DNA of 64,000 nt, taken from NCBI GenBank assembly GCA_040755155.1, contig JBFMBP010000084.1, forward strand, positions 405-64,404. The letters run 5' to 3'. This DNA is from Candidatus Omnitrophota bacterium (GTDB lineage Bacteria; Hinthialibacterota; Hinthialibacteria; Hinthialibacterales; Hinthialibacteraceae). Shown in pieces: positions 48,709 through 59,486 of this stretch (position 1 is the first letter of the stretch; every line of letters begins with the position of its first letter). A model generated the notes under the pieces. It saw only the letters and a list, made by a program, of their open reading frames with translations. It was not told the origin of the DNA and searched no databases. Made by a program: the position numbers and the translations under genes.

Positions 48709-51432
48709 TTATTTCTTTTTCTTCTCGCGAGCCACGGCGCAGGCGGCGGAATGGCGCGCGATGGGAACGCGGAAGGGCGAGCAGGAAACGTAATCCAAGC
48801 CGATCCGATGGCAGAATTCCACCGACTGGGGATCGCCGCCGTGTTCGCCGCAGATGCCCAGTTTCAGTTTCGGGCGAACGGCGCGTCCGCGCTCGACGGC
48901 GAGTTGCATCAATTCGCCGATGCCCGTCTGATCGATGGTTTGGAATGGATCGTCCGGTAGAATTCCTTTCGCGACGTAGGGATGGAGAAATGCGCCGGAA
49001 TCGTCGCGGCTGTAGCCGAATCCCATTTGCGTAAGGTCGTTGGTGCCGAAGGAGAAGAATTCCGCTACTTCCGCGATCTGGCCCGCGACGAGGCAGGCGC
49101 GCGGAATTTCGATCATGGTGCCATACATGTGCGGAATGCTCTTGACGCCGGTCTTTTTCACCGTTTCGGCATATACCCGCTTGGCGATGGCGAGTTGGTC
49201 GGTCAATTCCTCGACGAGACTGACGACGGGGATCATGATTTCGGGGAAGGGTTTCTTTTTCACCTTTAGCAATTCCGCCGTCGCTTCCAAAATGGCGCGA
49301 ATCTGCATTTCGGCGATTTCGGGATACGTCACGCCCAAACGGACGCCGCGATGCCCCATCATGGGATTGAGTTCGTGAAGCGCATCCGCCCGTTCCTTAA
49401 ATTCGGCGGGAGTAATCTTCAACTCTTTGCAGAGTTTCGCGATTTCTGCTTCTTCCTGAGGAACGAATTCGTGAAGCGGAGGGTCCAACAGGCGGATGGT
49501 AACGGGCAAGCCGTCCATCGCCACCAGGGTTTCCTTGATATCGTTCTTAACGAAGGGGAAGAGTTCGTCCAAGGCTTTGCGCCGTTCTTCTTCATTTTTG
49601 GACAGAATCATTTTGCGCAATTTGGAAAGCGGCTGTTCCGAACCTTTGCCGTAGAACATATGTTCGGTGCGGAAAAGCCCGATGCCTTCGGCGCCGAACT
49701 CGCGAGCCTTGGCGGCGTCTTGGGGCGTTTCGGCGTTGGTGCGGATTTTAAGACGGCGGACGCCATCGCAAATTTTCATGAACTGGTCGAAATAGATATT
49801 GCCTTCGCCCGCTTCGATCAAGGGAAGCGCTCCCTGATAAACGTAGCCCTTGGTGCCGTTCAATGTGATGGTATCGCCTTCCTTTAAAAAGGCGTCGTTG
49901 CAGCTCATGGTTTTCTTGGCGGCGCTGATGCTGAGAGCGCCCGCTCCGACGATGCAGCACTTGCCCCAGCCGCGGGCCACCAACGCCGCATGGCTGGTCA
50001 TGCCGCCGCGAGCGGTGAGAATAGCGACGGCGGCGCGCATCCCTTCCACGTCTTCCGGATTGGTCTCTTCGCGCACGAGAATGACTTTCTTGCCTTTCTT
50101 CGTCCACTCGACGGCGTCAGCCGCTGTAAAAACGATCTGGCCGCAGGCGCCGCCCGGTCCGGCGGGAAGACCCTTAGCGAATACTTTGGTTTTTTTCTCG
50201 ACAGCGGGATCGACGATGGGGTGCAGCAGTTCGTCCAATTGCGAAGGCGAAACGCGGAGGATGGCGGTCTCCTTGTCGATCAGCTTCGATTTGCACATTT
50301 CTACGGCCATGCGCACGGCGGCGGGACCATTGCGTTTGCCGACGCGGCATTGCAGCATCCACAGGCGGCCTTCCTGGATCGTGAATTCGATATCCAGCAT
50401 ATCGTGATAATGCTTTTCCAATTTCTTCTGGATGCCGTCTAGTTGCTTGTATACTTTCGGCATGGCTTCTTCCAACGAGAGAAGATGCATGCTCTGTTCG
50501 GTCTTTCCGGATTTGTTGATTGGGCTGGGAGTGCGAATGCCCGCGACGACATCCTCGCCTTGGGCGTTGGACAGCCATTCGCCATAGAACACATCCTCGC
50601 CGGTGGCGGGGTTGCGCGTGAAGGCGACGCCGGTGGCGGAAGTATCGCCCATGTTGCCGAAGACCATCGCCTGCACGTTGACGGCGGTGCCCCAATCGTG
50701 GGGAATGCCTTCGATGTTGCGGTAGGACACGGCGCGCTTGCCGTTCCAAGATTGAAAGACGGCGTTAATGGCGCCCCACAACTGATCCATGGGATCGTCA
50801 GGGAAGGCTTTCTTCATGATTTTCTTGACTTTTTCTTTATAAACGCCGACCAATTCTTGAAGGTCTTCGGCGGAGAGATCGCAATCCTGCTTGATGTTCC
50901 GTTTGTGTTTTAATTTTTCCAATTCTTCTTCCAACTGCTTGCGGATGCCTTGTCCTTCGGGAGGTTCGATGCCCGCCGCTTTTTCCATAACAACGTCGGC
51001 GTACATCTGAATAAGGCGCCGGTAAGAGTCCCAAGCGAAACGGGGATTCTTCGTTTTCTCGATCAAGCCTTGGATTGTGTTCTCGTTGAGGCCCACGTTG
51101 AGGATCGTCTCCATCATGCCGGGCATGGAAGAACGGGCGCCGGAACGAACGGAAACCAAGAGGGGATTTTTGACGTCCCCAAATTTCATGGACATGATCT
51201 TTTCGACTCTTTTCAGAGCGTCGGTGACTTCTTTAACCAAGCTGGGAGGATACTTGCCTTTGTTCTCGTAATAGAGGGTGCACACTTCGGTCGTAATCGT
51301 GAATCCCGCCGGAACGGGAACTTGCAGATTGACCATTTCGGCGAGGTTCGCCCCCTTGCCGCCAAGGAGGTTTTTCATTCCGCTATCGCCGTCCGCCTTG
51401 CCTTCTCCAAAAAAATACACGTTTTTCTTGCT
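48709..51432 (-). CDS. ppdK: pyruvate, phosphate dikinase
   Basis: N-terminus MSKKNVYFFGEGKADG...LLGGKGANLAEM. Central phospho-His domain (GGMTSHAALVARG). C-terminal PEP-utilising TIM barrel. About 907 aa. Confidence 0.95.
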   Translation of the reverse strand, partial: SKKNVYFFGEGKADGDSGMKNLLGGKGANLAEMVNLQVPVPAGFTITTEVCTLYYENKGKYPPSLVKEVTDALKRVEKIMSMKFGDVKNPLLVSVRSGARSSMPGMMETILNVGLNENTIQGLIEKTKNPRFAWDSYRRLIQMYADVVMEKAAGIEPPEGQGIRKQLEEELEKLKHKRNIKQDCDLSAEDLQELVGVYKEKVKKIMKKAFPDDPMDQLWGAINAVFQSWNGKRAVSYRNIEGIPHDWGTAVNVQAMVFGNMGDTSATGVAFTRNPATGEDVFYGEWLSNAQGEDVVAGIRTPSPINKSGKTEQSMHLLSLEEAMPKVYKQLDGIQKKLEKHYHDMLDIEFTIQEGRLWMLQCRVGKRNGPAAVRMAVEMCKSKLIDKETAILRVSPSQLDELLHPIVDPAVEKKTKVFAKGLPAGPGGACGQIVFTAADAVEWTKKGKKVILVREETNPEDVEGMRAAVAILTARGGMTSHAALVARGWGKCCIVGAGALSISAAKKTMSCNDAFLKEGDTITLNGTKGYVYQGALPLIEAGEGNIYFDQFMKICDGVRRLKIRTNAETPQDAAKAREFGAEGIGLFRTEHMFYGKGSEQPLSKLRKMILSKNEEERRKALDELFPFVKNDIKETLVAMDGLPVTIRLLDPPLHEFVPQEEAEIAKLCKELKITPAEFKERADALHELNPMMGHRGVRLGVTYPEIAEMQIRAILEATAELLKVKKKPFPEIMIPVVSLVEELTDQLAIAKRVYAETVKKTGVKSIPHMYGTMIEIPRACLVAGQIAEVAEFFSFGTNDLTQMGFGYSRDDSGAFLHPYVAKGILPDDPFQTIDQTGIGELMQLAVERGRAVRPKLKLGICGEHGGDPQSVEFCHRIGLDYVSCSPFRVPIARHSAACAVAREKKKK

Positions 51433-51817
51433 CATAATCTCTTTACCTATCCTGATGTTTTCTAGATTCAAATGGTCGAAGGACGATTGGCTGCATCCTT
51501 CCCAACTATAGCCGCAGCTTAACAATAATAATGTATTATTCACTCTTGTCAAAATCAGTGAAGGCATAAAAACGCATTCTTTACGTTTTTTAGCTTTTTT
51601 CTAAAGTTTTCTTATGGAAAAGTAAGGAATGGGACGCGATCATTCGCCGGTTTCCCTCCCGGCTTTCGCCGTTCCCCTGCGATTTGCGCCTGCCTGAAAA
51701 GGAAAAATGGAGTACAATTTCTTCGCCGGCGCTACGAAACGTCCGCCGCTTTCTTGGAATGCGTTCTCTTTACCTTTGTGTAATTTTCCAAAATCCTCAA
51801 AGGATGGATTTTCCGAT

Positions 51818-52891
51818 ATGGATGTCATAGAAAAAAAACTTCATGAAATCTGCGAACGATTTTATGAATTGGAAAGACAACTCGGCGATCCCGCCAATTT
51901 GTCCAATCGTTCTCTCCTGACGGATCTCAGCCGCAAACACGCGGAATTGTTGCCCGTCGTCAAGGATTTTAAGGAATGGGAGCGCATCCGGCGGGAACTC
52001 GATGAAATCAAAAATCTTATCGCTTCCGACGATTCCGAACTGGCCGAAATGGCGAAGATGGAACTGCCGGAACTGAAAACGCGGGAAGAGGAAGCAAAGC
52101 TGCGCCTAATGGAATATCTTAAGCCGAAGGATCCCAACGCCCACCGCAATACGATCCTTGAGATTCGCGCTGGGACGGGCGGAGAAGAAGCGGCGTTGTT
52201 CGCGGGCGATCTTTTCCGCATGTATTGCCGCTACGCCGAATCCCATAAATGGACGGTCGAGGTTCTTTCTTCCAATCCTACCGGCAAAGGCGGCTTCAAG
52301 GAAATCATCTTCGCCGTGAACGGACCGGGCGCTTATTCCCGGCTGCGATTCGAAGCGGGAACCCACCGCGTTCAGCGCGTGCCCGAAACGGAAGCGTCCG
52401 GACGCATTCATACCTCCGCCGCCACTGTCGCCGTTCTTCCCGAAGCCGACGAAGTGGAAATCGACATCTCGCCCGAAGATTTGCGGATCGACGTTTTCCG
52501 TTCCTCCGGGCCGGGCGGGCAAAGCGTGAATACGACCGATTCCGCCGTGCGCATTACGCATATTCCTACCGGTTTGGTAGTTAGCTGCCAGGATGAAAAA
52601 TCGCAACATAAAAACCGGGCGCGGGCGCTTAAAGTGTTGCGCAGCCGCCTATTGGAAATCGAACAGGAACGCCAGGCGAATGAAGAGCGGGAGCAAAGGC
52701 GCTCCATGGTAGGAACCGGCGACCGCAGCGGACGCATCCGCACGTACAATTTTCCGCAAAACCGGCTGACAGATCATCGCATCAATTATACGGTTCATCG
52801 TTTGGAAACCGTCATGGAAGGCGAACTGGACGAGTTAATCGGCGCTTTGGCTCAGGCGGAACAATTAAACCATTTGCAAGAAGCTAGTTAA
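51818..52891 (+). CDS. prfA: peptide chain release factor 1
   Basis: GGQ motif ([14 protein letters not shown]) and RF1-type P-x-T tripeptide ([13 protein letters not shown]). Confidence 0.95.
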   Translation: MDVIEKKLHEICERFYELERQLGDPANLSNRSLLTDLSRKHAELLPVVKDFKEWERIRRELDEIKNLIASDDSELAEMAKMELPELKTREEEAKLRLMEYLKPKDPNAHRNTILEIRAGTGGEEAALFAGDLFRMYCRYAESHKWTVEVLSSNPTGKGGFKEIIFAVNGPGAYSRLRFEAGTHRVQRVPETEASGRIHTSAATVAVLPEADEVEIDISPEDLRIDVFRSSGPGGQSVNTTDSAVRITHIPTGLVVSCQDEKSQHKNRARALKVLRSRLLEIEQERQANEEREQRRSMVGTGDRSGRIRTYNFPQNRLTDHRINYTVHRLETVMEGELDELIGALAQAEQLNHLQEAS

Positions 52892-52971
52892 CGCTTGATT
52901 TTTAAATGGGATTTATACTTTACTTTCCAATAAAATCCAGTATATTCGAGGAGGTTTGGATATTAGAATAT

Positions 52972-53856
52972 CCTGGAATGGAGATTGCGGGAATGAATGT
53001 CAAAGACGCCATCGAACAATGCGTAGAACTTTTTGAAACAAGGAAAGTGGAATCTCCCCGGCTATCCGCCGAACTTCTTGTCGCTTTTGCGGCGTCGATG
53101 GATCGTGCGCAAGTGCTGGCCAACCCGTCGAAAGAATTATCGTCGCATGAGCAGATTCAGCTTAAAAGCATTCTGCAAAGACGGGCTAAACACGAACCGA
53201 TTCCTTATATTACCGGAGAAATCGAGTTTTTTTCCATTCCTTTTTCCATTTCTAATGGCGTATTCATCCCCCGGCCGGATACGGAGACGCTCGTATCGGC
53301 GGCGTTGGATATTTTGAAGAAGTTAAACGATCCTAAAATCTACGATATGGGATTCGGATGCGGCAACGTGATCATCTCCTTGGCGCTGAACCTGGAAAGC
53401 GGCGTCTTTTGGGGCAGCGATATATCTAGCCAGGCTTATAAGGTCGCTATGCAAAACGTTACCCGCCACGAATTGAATAGCTATGTTACCCTGCGCGAGG
53501 GCAATCTATTCGCTCCCATGAGAACCGAACTAACCAAGGATTTCGACATGATCGTCAGCAATCCGCCTTACGTCAAAACCGGCGATATCCAAAAGCTCCC
53601 CAATCAAATCCGCGATTTCGAACCGGTTATCGCTTTGGATGGAGGACGCGATGGGATGAACTTTATCAAGTCGTTCCTGGACGGCGCTCCCCCCATGCTC
53701 AAGCCCGGCGGCTATCTCCTCCTGGAAGCCGATCCTACGATCATGTCGACGATTCGCACCGAAGTAAGGCGGCGTGGCCTATTCGAAGATTTCGCCGTGC
53801 ATAACGACGCTTCCGGAAAAGAACGAGTATGTCAGTTCCGGACGAAATCCCGTTAG
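52972..53856 (+). CDS. prmC: release-factor glutamine N5-methyltransferase PrmC/HemK
   Basis: Immediately after prfA. NPPY motif (IVSNPPYV) and SAM-binding GxGxG (DMGFGCGNV). Confidence 0.9.
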   Translation, partial: PGMEIAGMNVKDAIEQCVELFETRKVESPRLSAELLVAFAASMDRAQVLANPSKELSSHEQIQLKSILQRRAKHEPIPYITGEIEFFSIPFSISNGVFIPRPDTETLVSAALDILKKLNDPKIYDMGFGCGNVIISLALNLESGVFWGSDISSQAYKVAMQNVTRHELNSYVTLREGNLFAPMRTELTKDFDMIVSNPPYVKTGDIQKLPNQIRDFEPVIALDGGRDGMNFIKSFLDGAPPMLKPGGYLLLEADPTIMSTIRTEVRRRGLFEDFAVHNDASGKERVCQFRTKSR

Positions 53857-53872
53857 GCGGTTGGAATTGTCT

Positions 53873-54415
53873 ATGATGGAGTCGCAATGCGGAAAGCGAA
53901 TACTCGCCTGTTTTTTGACATTTGAAATGGTTTTCGTATTCGCCGATTGTTCCAACGCCCCCTATTCTCAATTCAATCAAGGAGTCGTCAACCTCCATAC
54001 CGGCGACGAGGCGAAGGCGGAATCGTCTTTTGAAGAGGCGGTACGTCAGGACCCCCATAACGCAGAAGCCTGGAATCAACTGGGCATAATCGCTTTCGAT
54101 CGCGGCGATAAGGAGAAAGCAGAGAAATGTTTCCGTTCGGCGCTCGAATTGAAGCCCCATAACGCCGTCTATACCCGCAACCTGGCGATCGTCTTCGCGC
54201 AAAAGAAAGAGTTGGATTTAGCGGACCGGATGCTCGGCAAAGCGCTCGAGTTGGATCCTTCCGATGCCGATACCTATGTGGCGTTGGCGAAAGTCAAAGC
54301 CTTGACCGGCGATAAAGAGTCCGCCCGCCAAGCTGCGGAAAAAGCGCTCAAGTTGAATCCCGCCCATCAAGAGGCGATCGCAGTGCGCAGTTGGCTGCGA
54401 GAGCCTTCTCCCTAA
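53873..54415 (+). CDS. TPR-repeat lipoprotein
   Basis: Lipobox-like VFVFADCS, then 4-5 TPR units (AEAWNQLGIIAFDRGDKEKAEKCFRSALELKP...). Confidence 0.7.
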   Translation: MMESQCGKRILACFLTFEMVFVFADCSNAPYSQFNQGVVNLHTGDEAKAESSFEEAVRQDPHNAEAWNQLGIIAFDRGDKEKAEKCFRSALELKPHNAVYTRNLAIVFAQKKELDLADRMLGKALELDPSDADTYVALAKVKALTGDKESARQAAEKALKLNPAHQEAIAVRSWLREPSP

Positions 54416-54621
54416 AACCATAACGAAAAAAGAAAAGCGGCGCCAATCCATTCACGGCGCGAATCGCGGCGGATAGACTCTCCTTGTTACTGTAAATTAA
54501 CCAAGTTATTGAAATCGTTTTCCTTTAACGGGTAGAGCAGGCGTCTCGCCTGCTCTATGAATGCAGGCGGGACGCCTGCTTTACCCTATATATTCCTCCA
54601 TAGGATCAGGAGCCGCATGGC

Positions 54622-56565
54622 ATGTTGACTTTTACGAATCCGCTCTTGTTATGGGCGTTTCCCGTTCTCGTTCTTCCTTGGATATTCCGCCGCCGGCGCG
54701 AGGAGCGGATATTGCATATCGATTTTCCCCTGCTTCGTTTTCTGCGCGAGTCGGAAGAGAAGGAGCGCGTCAATCCTTTCCTGCAGGAACTTTTGTTACT
54801 TCTTTTACGGACGATGTTATTGGCGATGCTGCTGCTCGCGCTGGCAGGTCCTAAATGGACAGTCGATGCTCCCGGACGAAAGAGTTTGTTTTCCTCATTG
54901 TTTTCTTTCGGGCGTATGTTTCAGTCTCACGTGCTGGTTTTAGATACTTCTTATAGCATGGGATATGGAACTGGGGAAACATCCTGGTTCCATCAAGCGC
55001 GCCAAGCTTGGGACCTTATAGAAAGAAATATTCGCGGCTTGTCGTTGGATCGCGTTCAATGGGATCGGACGACGGTTGCGCCGGATCGTTCTTCCCGCCT
55101 TTTCTCTCTCTCCTCCCGCGAGATAGAAACGTTGTTTCAATCTGCGCCTAGTGCGGAAGGAACGTCCGTTCCAGAATTGATGACGGCTTCCCAGCGATCC
55201 TTCGACGACGCTCATAGCATGATTCTCGTAACCGACGGCCAACGCCTGCCCTGGGCGCCGCTTTTGGATTCCTCGGTGGATTTCAAATTCCCCGCCTCTC
55301 TTCTCGCCGTTTCAGTAGGCGAGAAGCCTGTCGTCAATCGGTGGTGCGAAGTGAAGATGCTATCGTCTCCCCCATGGGGAATCGCCGGTTGGGAGACCAT
55401 CGCGGGACAAACGCGCTCGCTGGGCGGCGACGGCGTTTCTGGGACTGTTTCCATTATTCATGCGGAATCCGGCGATCCCGCCTATTCCGATGCGGTTTCG
55501 TTTCCCGCATCCCCGAACGCCGTTGCGGCGCTGCCTTTTCTTTTCACCTCTCGATTCTCCGATTTAATGGCGAGGGACGTCCAACGTAAGCGCCCCGATG
55601 TATTGAAATTTTCCATTAAGCTGGAACCGGCGGACCCGCTTCCCATCGATAACGAGATGACGTTGGAGGTTCCCGTAATTGAAAATTTCTCCCTAGCGAT
55701 TCTCTGCGACGCCGCCGTGGATTCCCCAGTTTTGTCCATTCTAACATCGGCTCTCAATCCGCTGGCCGGTTCGCCGCAATCGCCGCCGGTTCGTCTGGAA
55801 AACCTTAATCCGCCCCTTCGCGAAATCTCTGAGTCGGTCGATCTCGCCGTTATCGTTCCCAGCCTCGTATCTACCTGGTCGCCTTTGGAATCCACCGCTG
55901 CGATGGAATACATCAAAAACGGCGGCGCCGCCATTATTTTTACAATCGCATCCGAAATGGAGTTGGAATCCTGGAATCGCTTCTTGACGGAACTGGGATG
56001 GGTATGGAATCCAACGGAAGCGTCCGCCGCGCCGGAAGGCGTTGCCGTCTCCAGCGCAGGACTCTTGACACAATCACTGAAAGTTTGGGAAGAATCGATA
56101 TGGAAGCCTTGGCTGCCCAAGCGTCATGGAAACTTGAAAACGGGCGCTTCCCTCGTTTCCTACCGCCTGGGCGATCAAAGTTGCGGCTTAATCGCGGAAG
56201 CGTCATTGGGCAAGGGAAAATTCTGGTTGGTCAATACATCGCTCGCCCTCGATTCCGAAACGCTCCTATCCCCCGCGCTGCCTCCCTTCCTGTGGGAAAC
56301 GGCCAAAGAAGCGGCGCGGCTGAAAAAGCAATACGCGCTTACCCTCCCGGCGCCAAAACCGGAATCCAACCTCACCCTCCTGACGGATCAAGAAAAATCG
56401 CAATTGTCCGAACGGTACGGCGTTCAATTCACGGGAATGGAAACCCTGGAAAAGACGCTGAATAGCCGCTTCGGCGGAACCGACCTGCGAATGCTGCTCC
56501 TCTTCCTCTGCGTCCTGCTAGGCTTAACGGAATCCTGGCTCTCCAACCATTTGGCGTCGATATAG
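54622..56565 (+). CDS. BatA-like aerotolerance N-terminal double-TM domain protein with a vWA-like domain
   Basis: MLTFTNPLLLWAFPVLVLPWIFRRRRE is the characteristic BatA_N start. HVLVLDTSYSMGYGTG is a vWA MIDAS-like motif. C-terminal TM. Confidence 0.75.
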   Translation: MLTFTNPLLLWAFPVLVLPWIFRRRREERILHIDFPLLRFLRESEEKERVNPFLQELLLLLLRTMLLAMLLLALAGPKWTVDAPGRKSLFSSLFSFGRMFQSHVLVLDTSYSMGYGTGETSWFHQARQAWDLIERNIRGLSLDRVQWDRTTVAPDRSSRLFSLSSREIETLFQSAPSAEGTSVPELMTASQRSFDDAHSMILVTDGQRLPWAPLLDSSVDFKFPASLLAVSVGEKPVVNRWCEVKMLSSPPWGIAGWETIAGQTRSLGGDGVSGTVSIIHAESGDPAYSDAVSFPASPNAVAALPFLFTSRFSDLMARDVQRKRPDVLKFSIKLEPADPLPIDNEMTLEVPVIENFSLAILCDAAVDSPVLSILTSALNPLAGSPQSPPVRLENLNPPLREISESVDLAVIVPSLVSTWSPLESTAAMEYIKNGGAAIIFTIASEMELESWNRFLTELGWVWNPTEASAAPEGVAVSSAGLLTQSLKVWEESIWKPWLPKRHGNLKTGASLVSYRLGDQSCGLIAEASLGKGKFWLVNTSLALDSETLLSPALPPFLWETAKEAARLKKQYALTLPAPKPESNLTLLTDQEKSQLSERYGVQFTGMETLEKTLNSRFGGTDLRMLLLFLCVLLGLTESWLSNHLASI

Positions 56566-56670
56566 AGGGGAATTTCGACGAGAAACGATTATCGCGCCAT
56601 AGTTCCTTTACCAATCAACTGATATTCTGCTATTCTTTAGAGTGAAGACGATAATAAAGGAGTTTATTCC

Positions 56671-56913
56671 ATGAGTGAATTGGTGCTTCACGACGTGGAC
56701 GAAAGTATTCTGGATCGTTTAAACCAAACCGCTTCATCGCATGGAGTCTCGATAGAGGAAGAGGCGAAAAATATTTTAAATAACCATCTTTTCGCTTCCA
56801 AATCAAAAGAAAACGCTCTTGCGAAAACGCGCGCCATTCGCCGCCGCACCGCTGGACGGACTCATACAAGCGGAGTTCAGATTAAACGGGAAATCTACGA
56901 GAAAACATCCTAA
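56671..56913 (+). CDS. vapB: ribbon-helix-helix antitoxin (FitA/VapB-like)
   Basis: LHDVDESILDRLNQTASSHGVSIEEEAKNIL is an Arc/MetJ-type RHH. Immediately upstream of the PIN gene. Confidence 0.75.
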   Translation: MSELVLHDVDESILDRLNQTASSHGVSIEEEAKNILNNHLFASKSKENALAKTRAIRRRTAGRTHTSGVQIKREIYEKTS

Positions 56914-56939
56914 AGATTAGCCAAATCCATATTGAGATT

Positions 56940-57362
56940 ATGCTCATAATCGTCGATGCTTGCGTCGTTATAAAATGGTTCTTTGAAGAAGAAATGAATG
57001 AGGAGGCGGATCGTCTTCTCTCTGGCGATTATACGGTGAGCGCGCCTTATTTTCTGCTCTTGGAATTTTCCAATTTCCTTCTTAGAAAGCGCCGCAAGGG
57101 CGAACTCTCCGATAAAGAAGCACGCGAGGTTCAGATGACAGTTCTCGATTGCATCGATATATTTCATTCCACAGATCAACTTATCCCTAGAGCGAATCAA
57201 ATTTCCACTGAAATTAACCACTCGCCCTACGATTGTCTCTATTTGGCCGCCGCGGAATCTCAACGATCTTTCCTAATCACGGCCGATAGAGAATTGTATG
57301 ATCGGGTGAGGAATAGTCCTTATCGCAACATTATCGCATGGATTGAATATCCAGTTTTATAA
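56940..57362 (+). CDS. vapC: PIN-domain toxin VapC
   Basis: MLIIVDACVVIKWF and C-terminal LYLAAAE...ITADREL acidic residues. Confidence 0.8.
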   Translation: MLIIVDACVVIKWFFEEEMNEEADRLLSGDYTVSAPYFLLLEFSNFLLRKRRKGELSDKEAREVQMTVLDCIDIFHSTDQLIPRANQISTEINHSPYDCLYLAAAESQRSFLITADRELYDRVRNSPYRNIIAWIEYPVL

Positions 57363-57544
57363 GATTAATTATGGGTTCATTAATCAAGAAAAAAAGTATT
57401 ATTAAATTGCAATGAAGCTATTCAAGCAACTCAAAAAATATTCCCATTAAATACGCATAAGGATCATTTATCATCATTTTAAAAGAGAATCGTAAAGAGA
57501 TCGGAAATGAAACACGAAGGGCATAAATATTAAGAGGATTTCCA

Positions 57545-58873
57545 ATGGCTTCTCTTACGAATATGCAAGATTTACGGACTATTCTAGGCCATCTGAACGC
57601 GGAAAAACCTGCGGGGCTAGGACTGAAAGATGGAGAAACGGCGCGTCAGGAACGAGGCGGCGATTTTTTGCGCAGATTGAATCTCGAACTAGAAAGCCGT
57701 CAGGGAAAAGCGCGGGTGCTTGTTACAGGACAAATTGGGGTTGGGAAGTCTACCGAATTATTACACTTTTTTCATAACCACGGTGGAATAAAAAAAACTG
57801 GTTATTGGATTTTCTGTAATTTAGAAAAAGATGAACATCCGGAACGATGCGGCGCAACAGGAGTTTTTCTTACAATTTTAAGAGATTGTTGGGGGGCAAC
57901 ACGAAATTTACGTAATAAAGCTGATCTACCACAAAGGGACAAAAAAGAATATCTTCAGTTACGGGATGAAATATTGAAAAGATTAATCGATTGGCTAAAA
58001 GGTGAGATCATTGAAGATGACGCAACAGCAATTTTTCGTTTTGGAAACATGGATTTTCCTGTATTTCTTGAAGAAAAGGGACAAGCATTAGCTCTTATAT
58101 TAGGGAAAGCCTCTCAGCATGAAGCTGTTTCTCAACGTTCGGAACAATTCGGATTAGTTCCTGACTCTTTAGTAAATTTATTAAATAAATTACTAATATG
58201 GATAAAGAATGCATGGTATGAACGTCCACCTGTTTTAATTGTCGATCATGTAGATAAAATCCGTGATTCAACAGCCGCTAGCGAAGTTTTAAAAGAATCT
58301 ATTCCGCATTGGCAACGAATTGAAGCCTCCATCATCATGACGGCGCCTTATGAATATACGCTGGGAGAGATGCGCCATTCCGTCGAATCGTATTGGGGAA
58401 GGCCGTTGATGATTTATCCGCTAGAGATTCCCGAATTGGATGAGAGCGACATTCCTTCCATTTATCATGATATACTCAAGAGTTGCGGATTGTATACGCT
58501 CATCACGACGGATAGTTTAAGATTACTGGCTCATTATAGCGGGGGAATACCTCGTTCCTTCGTCCAGTTTTTGATAGAAGCCAGTAAAGAAGCGCATTTG
58601 TCAGGGCATAAAAGAATTGAAACTTCCGATGCGCAGGCAATTATATACAATGCGGAAAGAGCGTATCAGGATTATGGTCCAACTCAAATGGATTTATTGG
58701 ATCAGATTACGCAAAATAAAATCGGATTAAATCAATCGGCGTATCTTTTGCGATCCCCGATTGGGCTGCTGGTATTGGAAGCTAAAGAGGGAGTGCAACC
58801 CTTACGTGTTCATCCATTGGCTCAAAAAATGCTGGAACGCTATCGGATGAATCCGATGAAAAGCGCAATATAA
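57545..58873 (+). CDS. AAA+ ATPase (Orc1/Cdc6/AAA_16-like) with a probable C-terminal winged helix; first gene of a low-GC three-gene operon
   Basis: Walker A GQIGVGKST; Walker B PPVLIVDHVD; sensor-1 IIMTAP; sensor-2/lid GGIPRSF...ASKEAHLSGHKRIETSDAQA. Local GC about 42% versus about 56% background. Confidence 0.7.
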   Translation: MASLTNMQDLRTILGHLNAEKPAGLGLKDGETARQERGGDFLRRLNLELESRQGKARVLVTGQIGVGKSTELLHFFHNHGGIKKTGYWIFCNLEKDEHPERCGATGVFLTILRDCWGATRNLRNKADLPQRDKKEYLQLRDEILKRLIDWLKGEIIEDDATAIFRFGNMDFPVFLEEKGQALALILGKASQHEAVSQRSEQFGLVPDSLVNLLNKLLIWIKNAWYERPPVLIVDHVDKIRDSTAASEVLKESIPHWQRIEASIIMTAPYEYTLGEMRHSVESYWGRPLMIYPLEIPELDESDIPSIYHDILKSCGLYTLITTDSLRLLAHYSGGIPRSFVQFLIEASKEAHLSGHKRIETSDAQAIIYNAERAYQDYGPTQMDLLDQITQNKIGLNQSAYLLRSPIGLLVLEAKEGVQPLRVHPLAQKMLERYRMNPMKSAI

Positions 58874-58874
58874 T

Positions 58875-59477
58875 ATGTCTACCGCCGAACAATTCGCCCA
58901 ATCCATCCTGTTAGAAAATCGCGGCGTTCATGTCCTGCTTTGGAGCGATCAAGACGATCTCTATCGAGCTTTGATCGTCATTCTTTCCGTCCTGAAAGAC
59001 CAGCCGGTTTATCCCTTGCTGCTTACTTCTACAAATGAATCCATTTCAAAACTTAGAAGCTTATTCGAGATAAAACAACCGCCGCAAGAAATCGATGGGG
59101 AGACAGACGAATCCCTGCTGCCTGCAAGAAAAGACCTTTTGATATTCTTTATTCAACAAGCGACAAGTAAAATGATCGGACCATGGTTGAATGGATGGCG
59201 GAGCCAAATAGCCTCTTCCCCTGGAACCCTCTTAGTGATTCGTCACGCCGATTTTATGGACTTTCAAAGAGAGGCGCCCGATTTAGCGTCCTTTTTCGGT
59301 TCGAAAAATCAGGATTCCGCTTCTATGTTATCGCTCTGGAATAAAGAAACCGCCCAAAATATCAAAATAAATTTACCGAAAGAACTTCATGATATTCTCA
59401 TAAAACTACCAGGAGAACTCCCTTCCAAGAAAGAAATTGAATTTTGGATAAAACAACATCCTCCTATTGACGCATAG
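58875..59477 (+). CDS. hypothetical protein, operon partner 2 of the AAA+ ATPase
   Basis: Start 1 nt after the ATPase stop. Low GC. No motif recognised. Confidence 0.6.
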   Translation: MSTAEQFAQSILLENRGVHVLLWSDQDDLYRALIVILSVLKDQPVYPLLLTSTNESISKLRSLFEIKQPPQEIDGETDESLLPARKDLLIFFIQQATSKMIGPWLNGWRSQIASSPGTLLVIRHADFMDFQREAPDLASFFGSKNQDSASMLSLWNKETAQNIKINLPKELHDILIKLPGELPSKKEIEFWIKQHPPIDA

Positions 59478-59486
59478 ATTCTTGCT

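Noticed and set aside
49850-50913. Multiple plus-strand ORFs (185, 150, 156 aa) within ppdK
   Set aside because: Shadow ORFs. ppdK on the minus strand is unambiguous.
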